Below are positions 8,194 to 17,789 of a stretch of DNA of 64,000 nucleotides, one piece after another (the stretch's first letter is position 1; each line of letters begins with the position of its first letter). The stretch spans positions 39,866 to 103,865 of the forward strand of contig JAQTYZ010000001.1 of the NCBI GenBank assembly GCA_028688055.1. The letters are read 5' to 3'. The position numbers were made by a program, and so were the translations under genes. The notes beneath the pieces were generated by a model. The model had not been told where the DNA came from. It saw only the letters and a program-made list of their open reading frames with translations, and searched no databases. Origin of the DNA: Patescibacteria group bacterium (GTDB lineage: Bacteria > Patescibacteriota > Patescibacteriia > Buchananbacterales > UBA6539).

Positions 8194-9024
8194 ATGATTT
8201 TGTATCTTATCCCAGCGGTCCTGATTGTCCTGAGCGTTATTGCGCTTGGGTATGTTGTGATCAAGAATTTGCCAAAATTGAAGATTATCAACGTTGAGTC
8301 GATGCCGAAAGAAAAAGAAACAAAGGTGCGAAATAGAATTATGTTGGATCGACTAAGCCGAAAACTTATTAGTGTTAAAAAAACTTCACAAAAATTGGCC
8401 GCACCGATGGTCAAAAAAGTTTCCATTAAAGCCAATAAGTTTTATCAGCGGATGATTGATTTAGAGAAGAAAACGCTTGAGAACCAGCCCTTGAAGAAAA
8501 TTGACGTCACGCAAAAAATAAATGATGATTTGGCGGTTATCGAAAAATTAATTTCGGAAAAAAATTATGATCAAGCCGAAGAAATGTGTATTGACATTTT
8601 GCGCTTAGATGAAAAAAATTTGGATGTTTACGAGCATATGTCAGAAATTTATATTGCCCAAAGAGATTATAAAAAAGCGCGCGAAACTTCCAGATTTTTA
8701 CTGAAATTGTTGCAAAAACATGGCGCCGAAACGGACAAGCATCGCTTGGCTAACTGTTTTACGAATTTGGGGGGGATTTATCAGTTGGAGAACAGAAATA
8801 CCTTTGCCCTGACCAATTATCAGAAGGCGGTTGAGCTTGAACCAAACAACCCAAGATTCCTTGACTTGTTATTAAAAATCAGTATAATATTAAAGAATAA
8901 AAATCTGGCCTCTCAGGTTTTTAATACTTTAAAGGAAGCGGATCCGGATAATCAGAAATTGCCGGAAATTAAAGACGAAATAGATAATATCGCCGATCAG
9001 CCAGCGCCCCCCGCAGGGCAATAG
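8194..9024 (+). CDS. Membrane-anchored TPR-repeat protein
   Basis: It has an N-terminal TM helix followed by TPR-like repeats (YKKARETSRFLLKLL..., ALTNYQKAVELEPNNP). Confidence 0.5.
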   Translation: MILYLIPAVLIVLSVIALGYVVIKNLPKLKIINVESMPKEKETKVRNRIMLDRLSRKLISVKKTSQKLAAPMVKKVSIKANKFYQRMIDLEKKTLENQPLKKIDVTQKINDDLAVIEKLISEKNYDQAEEMCIDILRLDEKNLDVYEHMSEIYIAQRDYKKARETSRFLLKLLQKHGAETDKHRLANCFTNLGGIYQLENRNTFALTNYQKAVELEPNNPRFLDLLLKISIILKNKNLASQVFNTLKEADPDNQKLPEIKDEIDNIADQPAPPAGQ

Positions 9025-9035
9025 GTTGTCAACGC

Positions 9036-9111
9036 GCCGAGATAGCTCAGCTGGTAGAGCGCTTCCTTGGTAAGGAAGAGGTCCCGGGTTCAATTCCCGG
9101 TCTTGGCTCCA
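9036..9111 (+). tRNA. tRNA-Thr (anticodon GGT)
   Basis: The sequence folds into a cloverleaf with acceptor GCCGAGA/TCTTGGC, a TAGCTCAGCTGGTAGAGC D-arm, anticodon loop TTGGTAA and T-arm GGTTCAATTCC. CCA is encoded. Confidence 0.85.
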
Positions 9112-9113
9112 GT

Positions 9114-9199
9114 GGGTCGGTACCGAAGCGGTCAAACGGGGCTGACTGTAAATCAGCTGGCTTTAGCCTTCGGAGGTTCGAATCCTTCCCGGCCCACCA
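9114..9199 (+). tRNA. tRNA-Tyr (anticodon GTA), with a long variable arm
   Basis: The anticodon stem-loop is GCTGA-CTGTAAA-TCAGC, the variable arm is TGGCTTTAGCCTTCGG, the T-arm is GGTTCGAATCC and the acceptor is GGGTCGG/CCGGCCC. CCA is encoded. It starts 2 nt after the preceding tRNA. Confidence 0.8.
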
Positions 9200-9238
9200 T
9201 GCCAGCATCATTCATAAGTATTACCTGCCATTGCCTAA

Positions 9239-9311
9239 GCCAACGTAGCTCAGTTGGTAGAGCAACAGTTTTGTAAACTGTGGGTCGTCGGTTCGAGCCC
9301 GACCGTTGGCT
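9239..9311 (+). tRNA. tRNA-Thr (anticodon TGT)
   Basis: The acceptor is GCCAACG/CGTTGGC, the anticodon stem-loop is ACAGT-TTTGTAA-ACTGT and the T-arm is GGTTCGAGCCC. There is no encoded CCA. Flanks extend the acceptor into a ~22-bp stem. Confidence 0.8.
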
Positions 9312-9414
9312 TAGGTAATGGCAGGTCGAACCATCTCGCTTAGTCGGGATTGGTCGTGGGTAGTTTATTCGGCGCCACTCCCAGCGCTAATTAAATAACT
9401 GAATCGAAAATTTT

Positions 9415-9570
9415 ATGTCTCAGGACAACATGATAAAATTTGAGTGCACCGAATGTAAGAGAGTAAATTATTTTTCTCACAAAAATAAAAAAATTCTCAA
9501 GGACAGATTAGAAATGAAAAAATTCTGTAAGCACTGTTCAAAACATACCTTGCATAAAGAAACAAAATAG
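9415..9570 (+). CDS. rpmG: 50S ribosomal protein L33 (zinc-ribbon type)
   Basis: This is a 51-aa ORF below the track's 60-aa cutoff: [51 protein letters not shown]. The CxxC...CxxC pattern and the KNKK / RLE.KK.C..C..HT.H.ETK motifs match L33. It lies between tRNA genes, the classic tRNA-rpmG-tRNA-Trp context. Confidence 0.85.
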   Translation: MSQDNMIKFECTECKRVNYFSHKNKKILKDRLEMKKFCKHCSKHTLHKETK

Positions 9571-9639
9571 CATATGGCGTATGGCAATTGGCGAATGGAT
9601 TTATCTATTGGCTACAAGCTATACGCTATTTGCTAATAT

Positions 9640-9713
9640 GGGGGCGTAGTTCAACAGTAGAACGGCGGTCTCCAAAACCGCAGACGAGGGAGCGTCACCT
9701 TCCGCCCCTGCCA
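9640..9713 (+). tRNA. tRNA-Trp (anticodon CCA) with an atypical T-loop
   Basis: The acceptor is GGGGGCG/CGCCCCT (G1:T72 wobble), the D-arm is GTTC-AACAGTA-GAAC and the anticodon stem-loop is GCGGT-CTCCAAA-ACCGC. The T-stem is GAGGG/CCTTC, but the loop is AGCGTCA and lacks the TTCRA consensus. CCA is encoded and a terminator follows. Confidence 0.6.
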
Positions 9714-9717
9714 AAAA

Positions 9718-9746
9718 ACAGCAGCTGTTAAGCTGCTGTTTTTTTA
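9718..9746 (+). terminator. Rho-independent terminator after tRNA-Trp
   Basis: A 9-bp stem acagcagct-gtta-agctgctgt is followed by ttttttt. Confidence 0.8.
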
Positions 9747-9860
9747 GTTAGCAATTATATTAAGGGACAATGTCTTACACCATCTGACGTGGTTTAGATT
9801 GTTGATTATGTTACTTTTTTAGGATACAATAGGTTCAGCTATGGTAATCTATTTAAATAA

Positions 9861-10556
9861 ATGCCAGGGGATCAGCTGATACAAAAAAAACAATATTATC
9901 TTCCTTATCATTGGTTTTATAATCCCCAGGATTTCGTCGGCCGAGAATATTGGGGTTACTTGGAACTAGCTTTAAAAAATTCTGGGGCCACAAAAGTTGA
10001 TTCAATTTTAGACGCCGGTTGTGGCGACGGGATGTTTTTAAGTATTTTGCATCGTCGCGGTTATGATAATTTGACTGGCTATGATTATACAGAACAAGCT
10101 ATCAGTTTCGCTAAAGCTTTAGCACCAAGCGTCGACTTTGAAATTAAAAATTTGCTGGCACCAATCGAAAAGAGATTTGATTATATTTTTTTAATTGAAA
10201 CACTTGAACATATTGATCCAAAAGATATTGCCGTGATTTTAAAAAATTTGAGGGCGGCACTTAATGACGGGGGCAAACTGGTGATCACGGTACCGTCAAT
10301 TAATAAACCGTTACCAGAAAAACATTACCAACATTTCACTGTTGCTAAATTGAGAGACTATCTTACACCTAGCGGGTTAACGGAAATTGGATTTTTTGGC
10401 CAAGATTATAAACCATTTGTTTATAAATTATTGGACAACCGATTCTATGACCTCAAGCCACTACGTAAATGGTTTAACTTAAAAATCTATCCAAAATATT
10501 TTAACCAAGTGGCAGTTGAAAAAGGGGAGCGGCTTATTGCCATTTACCAAAAGTAA
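9861..10556 (+). CDS. Class I SAM-dependent methyltransferase
   Basis: Motif I is LDAGCGDG. Downstream elements DYIFLIETLEH and GGKLVITVP are consistent with a Methyltransf_11/23-type fold. Confidence 0.7.
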   Translation: MPGDQLIQKKQYYLPYHWFYNPQDFVGREYWGYLELALKNSGATKVDSILDAGCGDGMFLSILHRRGYDNLTGYDYTEQAISFAKALAPSVDFEIKNLLAPIEKRFDYIFLIETLEHIDPKDIAVILKNLRAALNDGGKLVITVPSINKPLPEKHYQHFTVAKLRDYLTPSGLTEIGFFGQDYKPFVYKLLDNRFYDLKPLRKWFNLKIYPKYFNQVAVEKGERLIAIYQK

Positions 10557-10567
10557 TAATTATAATT

Positions 10568-11023
10568 ATGGGTCTGCATGAATTGCAACAAAAAGATACT
10601 TATTATGTGGCCGTTAAAGTTTTTTTAGAGAAAGATGGCCAGTTGTTTATTTTTAAAGATGTTTATGGCCATTGGGATTTACCAGGCGGCCGGATAAAAA
10701 AAGACGAGTTTGAAAAACCATTAACTGATATTATCAAACGAAAAATTATTGAGGAACTAGGAAATGAAGTAACATATCAACTCGGTCAGCCAGTAGTGAT
10801 GATGCGCCATGAGCGCGTTGAATCAGTTGAGGGTGACCCGACCATTAGAATTTTTGCCGTCGGTTATCAGGCGACCTATCTGTCGGGCGAAATAAAAATC
10901 TCGAACAATTTTACCGAGATGAAATGGGTTGATATCAAAAATTTTAAGCCAGCTGATTATTTTGCTGGTGGTTGGCTAAAGGGTGTTGAAGATTATTTAG
11001 AGGGGGTTCATCATATTTTTTAA
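10568..11023 (+). CDS. NUDIX hydrolase
   Basis: The Nudix box GGRIKKDEFEKPLTDIIKRKIIEELG fits GX5EX7REUXEEXGU. Confidence 0.75.
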   Translation: MGLHELQQKDTYYVAVKVFLEKDGQLFIFKDVYGHWDLPGGRIKKDEFEKPLTDIIKRKIIEELGNEVTYQLGQPVVMMRHERVESVEGDPTIRIFAVGYQATYLSGEIKISNNFTEMKWVDIKNFKPADYFAGGWLKGVEDYLEGVHHIF

Positions 11024-11266
11024 GCAGCATCTTTGGTTTAATGGTTGATGCTAAATATATAAAAAATTAGCCGTGGCGCCTAAGCCATTGTTTAGGTTGT
11101 ACCGAAATTCCTTTGGCCATTAATTAAACTCAGACCGACATCAAGCTTTTGACATAAGCGAAATTATTGTTAAATCGGCGGTCAATTTTTCTTTAGCAGA
11201 TTTTTAGAAACGGTAGATCAATTACTGCTCGCTATTAACGATCTTTTTTGCTATAATAATCAAACT

Positions 11267-12064
11267 ATGAATGATTTAATTATCATAGCCGAAAACTTAA
11301 CCAAGACCTTTGGCGATTTCACTGCAGTGAATAACATTTCGTTTGCTGTCAAAACTGGTGAAATTTTTGCGTTTTTAGGGCCAAACGGCGCTGGTAAAAC
11401 TACGACGATCAAAATGTTGACGACTTTATTGTCACCGACCAGCGGTTTTGTGGAAGTCGATGGTCACAGTTCAGTCAAACAGCAAGATGAAGTTCGTCAT
11501 TCTTTTGGTATTGTTTTTCAAGACCCCAGTCTTGACGACGAGTTGACGGCGTTTGAAAATATGGAATTTCATGGTGTGCTTTATAGCGTGCCGAAAGATT
11601 TGCGCCAAAAACGGATTAAGGAAATGTTTGATTTAGTTGATTTATGGGATCGGCGCGATGAACTGGTGAAAAATTATTCGGGTGGAATGAAGCGCCGGTT
11701 GGAAATCGCCAGGGGATTACTGCATCACCCAAAAATTTTGTTTTTAGACGAACCAACGCTTGGCCTTGATCCACAAACCCGAAATCATATCTGGAGTTAT
11801 TTAAAAGAATTAAATAAAAATGAAAAATTGACTATTTTTTTCACTACTCACTATATGGGGGAAGTTGAAAAAACGGCTAATACCGTGGCGATCATTGATC
11901 AAGGTAAAATTATTGTTGCCGCGTCGCCCGAAAAAATTATTGCCGACAACGGGGTGGCAACACTTGAAGAAGCTTTTTTGAAATTAACTGGTAATGTCAT
12001 CCGCGATGAGTCTGTTAGTGGCGTTGACCGCTTACGCAGCCATCGCAAAATGTGGCGGCGCTAA
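11267..12064 (+). CDS. ABC transporter ATP-binding protein (ABC-2/DrrA-like)
   Basis: It has Walker A GPNGAGKTT, signature YSGGMKRRLEIARGL, Walker B ILFLDEPT and an H-loop. Confidence 0.85.
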   Translation: MNDLIIIAENLTKTFGDFTAVNNISFAVKTGEIFAFLGPNGAGKTTTIKMLTTLLSPTSGFVEVDGHSSVKQQDEVRHSFGIVFQDPSLDDELTAFENMEFHGVLYSVPKDLRQKRIKEMFDLVDLWDRRDELVKNYSGGMKRRLEIARGLLHHPKILFLDEPTLGLDPQTRNHIWSYLKELNKNEKLTIFFTTHYMGEVEKTANTVAIIDQGKIIVAASPEKIIADNGVATLEEAFLKLTGNVIRDESVSGVDRLRSHRKMWRR

Positions 12065-12068
12065 ATAT

Positions 12069-12815
12069 ATGAATGCTATTTATATTCTTTGGTTAAGACA
12101 ATTAAAAAGATATAGTCGGTCGCGCGCCCGCATTATCGGCTCGCTAGGGCAGCCCTTACTATTTTTTATCGCTTTTGGTTTTGGTTTTGGTCCGATTTAT
12201 TCCAAAGCCGGTGCCGGTAATTATTTGGAATTTTTAGGTCCGGGGGTTATTACGATGGCCATTGTCTTTACTGCGATGTTTGCCGGTATTGAAGTTATTT
12301 GGGACCGGCAGTTTGGGTTTTTAAAAGAAACCTTAGTGGCGCCGGTGTCGCGCTTTAATATTATGCTTGGTCGAACGATTGGCGGCGCGACGGTCGCCGT
12401 CATTCAGGGCGGCGTCGTTTTTGTTTTGGCCTTGATCATTGGTTTTCGACCGACCAATTTAGCCTATTTGCCATTTGCGTTTATTTTTATGTTTTTGATT
12501 GCGACGTTTTACACCGCCTTTGGCACCGCCATTGCCTCACGGTTGCAGGATATGCAGGCTTTCCCGTTGATAATGAATTTTTTAGTTATGCCAATGGTAT
12601 TTTTATCGAGCGCGTTATTTCCCTTAGCTGGCTTGCCAAAAGCGATTGAAATTATTTCTCGAGCTAACCCCTTGACTTATGGTGTCGACGGATTGCGCTG
12701 GGCACTCGACGGCCAATCATTTTTTTCGCCATTGATTGACTTCTCAGTTTTATCGGTTTTTACTTTAATTGTCTTGGCAATTGGTAGTTATCTGTTTTCC
12801 AAAATTGAAATATAA
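12069..12815 (+). CDS. ABC-2 family transporter permease
   Basis: Six predicted TM helices sit directly downstream of the ATPase. The ATG at about 12069 is preferred over the track start at 11994, which overlaps the ATPase. Confidence 0.7.
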   Translation: MNAIYILWLRQLKRYSRSRARIIGSLGQPLLFFIAFGFGFGPIYSKAGAGNYLEFLGPGVITMAIVFTAMFAGIEVIWDRQFGFLKETLVAPVSRFNIMLGRTIGGATVAVIQGGVVFVLALIIGFRPTNLAYLPFAFIFMFLIATFYTAFGTAIASRLQDMQAFPLIMNFLVMPMVFLSSALFPLAGLPKAIEIISRANPLTYGVDGLRWALDGQSFFSPLIDFSVLSVFTLIVLAIGSYLFSKIEI

Positions 12816-12847
12816 TTTTCCGGTCGTTTTGTCTATAAGTAAAGAAT

Positions 12848-13396
12848 ATGAATAAAAATATTTTTGTTTTGTTGCTGGTAATTTTTTTGTTCACTAGTTT
12901 TTTACTTGGGGTTATTTATGTCATTGGCCAACAAATTTTGCGCGCGGCAGCAAATGATCCGCAAATTCAGCTGTCCGAAGATATTGCGTCGGCTTTAAAT
13001 AGCGGCGCTGATATCAACTCTTTAATCGCCGGGCATATTGATATTGCCTCTAGCTTGGCACCCTATATTATTATTTTTGATAAGTCAGGTCAACCGATCA
13101 ATGGCAACGGTTATTTAAATAATTCTTGGCCTGGGGTGCCAAAGGGGATTCTTGAATTTGTTGATACCAATGGCGAGGATCGAATAACTTGGCAACCGCA
13201 AGCCGGCGTTCGTTCAGCAACGGTTATTAATAAATATAATTCCGGCTATGTTTTGGCCGCGCGATCATTGCGGGAGGTGGAAGTTAGGGAAAACCTTTTA
13301 CTTCAGTCAATTATGATGTTTTGGTTGGCCCTGACCGCCGGTTTTACGTTGTTTTATATATTATTTATTACTAGGGCAAAGAAAATTAATAATTAA
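12848..13396 (+). CDS. Hypothetical membrane protein, possibly a transporter accessory
   Basis: It has N- and C-terminal TM helices with a periplasmic-looking middle. It is adjacent to the ABC pair. Confidence 0.4.
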   Translation: MNKNIFVLLLVIFLFTSFLLGVIYVIGQQILRAAANDPQIQLSEDIASALNSGADINSLIAGHIDIASSLAPYIIIFDKSGQPINGNGYLNNSWPGVPKGILEFVDTNGEDRITWQPQAGVRSATVINKYNSGYVLAARSLREVEVRENLLLQSIMMFWLALTAGFTLFYILFITRAKKINN

Positions 13397-13407
13397 TCGT
13401 TAAATTT

Positions 13408-13803
13408 ATGAATGGTTTCATCGGTAACATTGGTAAAGTGGCACTTGAAAATTTATATTTTCGAAAAGTGCTTTATACCGCTAAGCATTGTCAGTTAGTA
13501 GTGATGAGTCTTAAGCCAGGTGAAGATATTGGTCTGGAGGTACACCAACTTGATCAATTTATTCGAGTTGAAGCCGGGACTGGCACAGCGATTTTAGATG
13601 GCGTGGCCACGGAGCTTGGACCGGAATTCGCCGTGATTGTACCAGCGGGTACAAATCACAATATTATTAATACCGGTGAAAGTGACCTGAAGCTATATAC
13701 GCTGTACTCACCACCGAATCATCGTGATGGTGTGATCCATAAAACTAAGGCCGAAGCCGAGAAGGATGAGGAGCATTTTGATGGTCAGACAACCGGTCAA
13801 TAA
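13408..13803 (+). CDS. Cupin-domain protein
   Basis: Its size and the G(X)5HXH-like region EVHQLDQFIRVEAGTGTA with a later PAGTNHN fit the two-motif cupin pattern. Confidence 0.5.
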   Translation: MNGFIGNIGKVALENLYFRKVLYTAKHCQLVVMSLKPGEDIGLEVHQLDQFIRVEAGTGTAILDGVATELGPEFAVIVPAGTNHNIINTGESDLKLYTLYSPPNHRDGVIHKTKAEAEKDEEHFDGQTTGQ

Positions 13804-13846
13804 ATTTTTGGGGAATAAATTCACCTAAGATTGCGTACTAATAAAC

Positions 13847-14431
13847 ATGGCCGAAACACCAGGTTTTGAAGAAAAATCTGACAATGAATTAGTTGCCTTA
13901 ACTCTGCAAAATCAGGATCATTTTTTACACCTGATGCGGCGATATGAGAGGCGGTTGCTTAGTTATATCATGAGAATTTCCGGTTTGTCTTTTGATGAAG
14001 CCCAGGATGTTTTACAGGATGTTTTTATCAAGGCTTATCAAAATTTAAATAGCTTTAATCAGGAATTAAAGTTTTCCTCTTGGATCTATCGGATTGCCCA
14101 TAATCAGACCATCAGTCAGTTTAGAAAAAATAAAGCGCGACCGCAAAGTATCGGCTTGGAGGTTAATGATCAAGTATTGAATAATTTGTCGGACGGCTTT
14201 GATGTTAATATCCACGTTGACCGCCATTTTTTAAAAGCACACGTCAGCGATGTTTTGGCGTCGCTGGATGAAAAATATCGAGAGATTTTAGTCCTCCGGT
14301 TTTTTGAAGAAAAAGATTATAAGGAAATTTCTGATATTTTAAAAAAACCGATGGGAACAGTTGCCGCTTTGCTTAATCGAGCTAAAACAAAATTTCGTCA
14401 GCAATTGGAAAGTCAAAATGAAATCAAGTAA
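13847..14431 (+). CDS. ECF-type RNA polymerase sigma factor (sigma-70 regions 2 and 4)
   Basis: Region 2 is DVFIKAYQNLNSFNQELKFSSWIYRIAHNQTISQFRK. Region 4 is YREILVLRFFEEKDYKEISDILKKPMGTVAALLNRAKTKFRQQ. Confidence 0.8.
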   Translation: MAETPGFEEKSDNELVALTLQNQDHFLHLMRRYERRLLSYIMRISGLSFDEAQDVLQDVFIKAYQNLNSFNQELKFSSWIYRIAHNQTISQFRKNKARPQSIGLEVNDQVLNNLSDGFDVNIHVDRHFLKAHVSDVLASLDEKYREILVLRFFEEKDYKEISDILKKPMGTVAALLNRAKTKFRQQLESQNEIK

Positions 14432-15170
14432 ATATATGGAACAGTCAGAAAATTTAAGTCAGAAGGTTTTAGAAAAAATAAAAACACAGCATCTCAGCCC
14501 AAAGCCGAGGTGGGAGTTTTTACTTAAAGACTACGTGGTGTGGTCATTCTTTGTGGTGGCTATTTTGGTCGGCAGTTTGGCGACCTCAGTTTTAATTTTT
14601 ATGGTTGACCACAATGATTGGGTCGACGATGACTTTAGAATTGGCTCCGTTCAAAATCTAATCTCAGATTTGCCGATTTTTTGGGCGGCCTTGGTACTTA
14701 TTTTCTTATTTGTTGCCTATTACAATTTCAAACATACGGACAAGGGTTATAAATTTAATCCTTTCAGCGTTGTCGCATCAAGCATCTTAATTAGCTTGGC
14801 GGTTGGTACCGCTGTTTATGCTACCGGCGGTGGCGAAAAATTAGAATCGGTATTTTATAACCGTATTCCATTTTATCGTCAGTTAATTAATAATGGCGGC
14901 TTTAGTTGGGCCGCCACTTCAGATCATCGTCTGGCCGGAACGGTTCAAGCCCAAAGAGACGGGGGTTTTATTCTGAGAGATTTTGGCGGCAAGGTTTGGC
15001 TGGTTTATTGGACCGAAAATGGCCCCGATATTAGATATGGTATCAGAGTAAAAATGATTGGTGATGTGCTATCACCAAATGAATTTAGGGCCGACCAGTT
15101 AAAACTTTATTTTAGGCCCCAGCATTATATTTCTAACACTCGAATTCAGCCACCGCCTGAAAGAAATTAG
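14418..15170 (+). CDS. Putative membrane-anchored anti-sigma factor
   Basis: It overlaps the sigma gene by 14 nt, and the start is taken at the ATG at 14418. A short cytoplasmic N-terminus is followed by several TM helices and a C-terminal extracytoplasmic domain. The anti-sigma assignment rests on genomic context. Confidence 0.4.
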   Translation: MKSSKYMEQSENLSQKVLEKIKTQHLSPKPRWEFLLKDYVVWSFFVVAILVGSLATSVLIFMVDHNDWVDDDFRIGSVQNLISDLPIFWAALVLIFLFVAYYNFKHTDKGYKFNPFSVVASSILISLAVGTAVYATGGGEKLESVFYNRIPFYRQLINNGGFSWAATSDHRLAGTVQAQRDGGFILRDFGGKVWLVYWTENGPDIRYGIRVKMIGDVLSPNEFRADQLKLYFRPQHYISNTRIQPPPERN

Positions 15171-15518
15171 TTGGCGGCGCGTATCATTATCTGTCAACAG
15201 CTTTCATTGCCGCCTAATTAATAAGCGCAAGGCAATGATCATTATCATATACCACTTGTTGGTAGATTTTTTCGGCCGGCTTCAAGGTGGGTCGGAGATA
15301 TCTAATATGGCGCTCGCGGCCGACAGCCCGCTAGCGCCGCCAAAAAACAACTAGTTTATTTCTTCATTGTCTGACTTCCGATATATTTTGTCGGCGTCCA
15401 TGTTCTTTCACTTAGCACCGACTGTTAATGAGTACTAGTTGGTGTGTCTAGGCTAGTTGATAAATCATAGCATATTGATTGGCCGGCCAAAAAATCGCTG
15501 TGATGGCGGTTTTTTGGT

Positions 15519-16373
15519 ATGATAAAGCTGACTATGAAAAAAGTTTTGACGGGTTTAATTATGCTCGCGTCAATACTTGCCGTTACCGATGTCAGCTTGA
15601 CGTTTTATTTTCAAAAGCTGGCTTATTCGGCGGTTCAAGATTTGGGAACAAAAACTGTTGACACCGCCGCTAAGCCGGCACCTGAGTCAAGACAGGCTCA
15701 TTTTCCAATTTTAGTTTTTCACCACATTCGTGACTATCAGCCAAGTGATACTAAAAATGATCGAACTTTTATTATCCCACCAGCGGATTTTGAAAAACAG
15801 TTGAAGTATTTATCGGACAACGATTATTCATTTATTACTATTAGCCAATTAGCCGATTATTTGGCTGGCGGCAACGACTTACCGCCTAAGCCAATTGCCA
15901 TTACTTTTGATGACGGTGATGTCAATCAATACACTAATGCTTTTCTAATTCTGAAAAAATATAATATTATTGCAACTTTTTATATTTTTGTAAATCCAAT
16001 CGGGGTCAGTAAAAATTATTTAACTTGGGAGGAAGTTAAAGCAATGTCTGATGCCGGTATGGAAATAGGCAGTCATGGTTGGTATCATCTTTTTTTAGAT
16101 AAATTGAGCGACGGCCAAGAACTAGCCGAAATTGATCAGGAAATTGTTAAAAGCCAAGCAATTATTGAACAACAACTGGGCCGACCAGTCGTTTCTTTCG
16201 GTTATCCATTTGGAACTTATAATGATGACGTTGTCGCTCGCATCAAGGCGGCTGGTTATAACTCGGCGCGGGGGATTGTCAATGGTAAAACTCATCGCTC
16301 GGACAGCCTTTTTAATTTAAAGGCCTATTTTATTACGGCTGATTTTGATCGTTTTATTAATCTCGTTAAGTGA
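15519..16373 (+). CDS. Polysaccharide deacetylase (NodB-homology, CE4 family) with an N-terminal TM anchor
   Basis: It carries the Asp-Asp motif ITFDDGDVNQ, the His motifs GSHGWYH and FGYPFG, and the LTWEE catalytic region. Confidence 0.75.
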   Translation: MIKLTMKKVLTGLIMLASILAVTDVSLTFYFQKLAYSAVQDLGTKTVDTAAKPAPESRQAHFPILVFHHIRDYQPSDTKNDRTFIIPPADFEKQLKYLSDNDYSFITISQLADYLAGGNDLPPKPIAITFDDGDVNQYTNAFLILKKYNIIATFYIFVNPIGVSKNYLTWEEVKAMSDAGMEIGSHGWYHLFLDKLSDGQELAEIDQEIVKSQAIIEQQLGRPVVSFGYPFGTYNDDVVARIKAAGYNSARGIVNGKTHRSDSLFNLKAYFITADFDRFINLVK

Positions 16374-16411
16374 TTTTAGCGACTTAGCGATTTTTTTGGT
16401 ATAATCTTATT

Positions 16412-17776
16412 ATGAAAATATCATTCCATGGAGCCTGCCGCGAGGTAACTGGCTCTTGTCATTTAGTTGATACCGGGCAAACCCGCTTTTTAGTCGATTG
16501 TGGTCTTTTTCAAGGCGGTGATTTTGCCGCGAAGAAAAATTTTGAAGCTTTTGATTTTGATCCCAAGTCAATTGACTTTGTGATTTTAACTCATGCTCAT
16601 TTGGATCATTGCGGCCGGTTGCCGAAATTATGTCAAGAAGGATTTTCTGGCCCAATTTATTGCACACCGCCGACTGGCGATTTTACGGAAATTATGTTAA
16701 TTGACTCGGCCCGGGTGATTTTTGAAGAGGCCCTCGCTAAAAATGAGCTGCCGCTTTATTTAGATCAAGATGTCAAGAAAATGATCGGGCAGTTTAAAAC
16801 AATTGATTATCATCAAACGACCAAGCTGTCGGCTGATGTTAATTTAACTTTTTTTGACGCGGGTCACATTTTGGGTTCAGCTTTTGTCGGGCTAACGATC
16901 GGTCGTGGCTTGAAGAAAAAAACTATTGTCTTTTCCGGCGACTTAGGCAATCCGCCGGTGCCGCTATTGCCGGCGACTGAATCGATCGGCGGCGCTGATT
17001 TTGTCGTGTTGGAATCGACCTATGGCGGTCGCATTCATGAGCCGGCCAGCCTTCGCCATGATATGTTGCGTGATATTTTTCGGCAAACGATCGGTCGCGG
17101 CGGGATTTTAATGATTCCAGCTTTTTCACTAGAGCGCACGCAGGAGTTGCTTTATGAATTAAATCATCTGGTTGAAAACAAGGAAGTACCATCCGTTCCA
17201 GTTTATGTTGACAGTCCCTTGGCCATTAAAGCCACAGCCGTTTATCGTAAATATAATTCATTATTTAATGCCGAATCAAAAAAATTGATTAAGGCCGGTG
17301 ATGATATATTTGAATTCCCCAAATTGAAATATGTCACCAGCCCAAAACTTTCTAAAGCCTTGAATGATGATAACAAGTCCAAGGTTATTATTGCCGGCAG
17401 CGGTATGTGTAATGGCGGTCGCATTATTTTTCACCTCCAGCATCATTTGGGCAACGCCAAAAATCAACTTTTGATAATTGGCTATCAAGCCGAAGGGACC
17501 ACTGGCCGTCTCTTGCTTGACGGGGCTAGGTCCGTTGATATTCGCCATCAACGCATTAGTGTCAAAGCTAAAATTACGGCGATTGGCGCTTATTCAGCTC
17601 ACGCCGATCAGCCAAAATTATTGCATTGGGTTAAGCAGATCAGTAAGCCAAAGCCAAAACAAGTGTTTTTAGTTCATGGTGAATACAAAGCTACCCTGAT
17701 GGTAGCGGACGGTTTAAAGCAGAAATTAAATATTAAGGCGGTTGTGCCGGAGTACGGCCAAATTTACGAAATATAA
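16412..17776 (+). CDS. Beta-CASP family metallo-beta-lactamase-fold ribonuclease (CPSF/TTHA0252-like)
   Basis: MKISFHGACREVTGSCHLVD, the HxHxDH motif ILTHAHLDHCGRLP and the C-terminal RMMBL-like HGE region are present. Length is 454 aa. Confidence 0.7.
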   Translation: MKISFHGACREVTGSCHLVDTGQTRFLVDCGLFQGGDFAAKKNFEAFDFDPKSIDFVILTHAHLDHCGRLPKLCQEGFSGPIYCTPPTGDFTEIMLIDSARVIFEEALAKNELPLYLDQDVKKMIGQFKTIDYHQTTKLSADVNLTFFDAGHILGSAFVGLTIGRGLKKKTIVFSGDLGNPPVPLLPATESIGGADFVVLESTYGGRIHEPASLRHDMLRDIFRQTIGRGGILMIPAFSLERTQELLYELNHLVENKEVPSVPVYVDSPLAIKATAVYRKYNSLFNAESKKLIKAGDDIFEFPKLKYVTSPKLSKALNDDNKSKVIIAGSGMCNGGRIIFHLQHHLGNAKNQLLIIGYQAEGTTGRLLLDGARSVDIRHQRISVKAKITAIGAYSAHADQPKLLHWVKQISKPKPKQVFLVHGEYKATLMVADGLKQKLNIKAVVPEYGQIYEI

Positions 17777-17789
17777 TTTTTTATTTATT

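Noticed and set aside
8929-9276. ORFs 8929..9135 (minus strand) and 9067..9276 (plus strand)
   Set aside because: They overlap the three tRNA genes. The 9067 ORF starts at a TTG inside the tRNA-Thr anticodon arm.
15479-15661. 60-aa ORF overlapping the start of the deacetylase gene
   Set aside because: It is out of frame with the 284-aa CE4 gene and overlaps it. It has no motifs.
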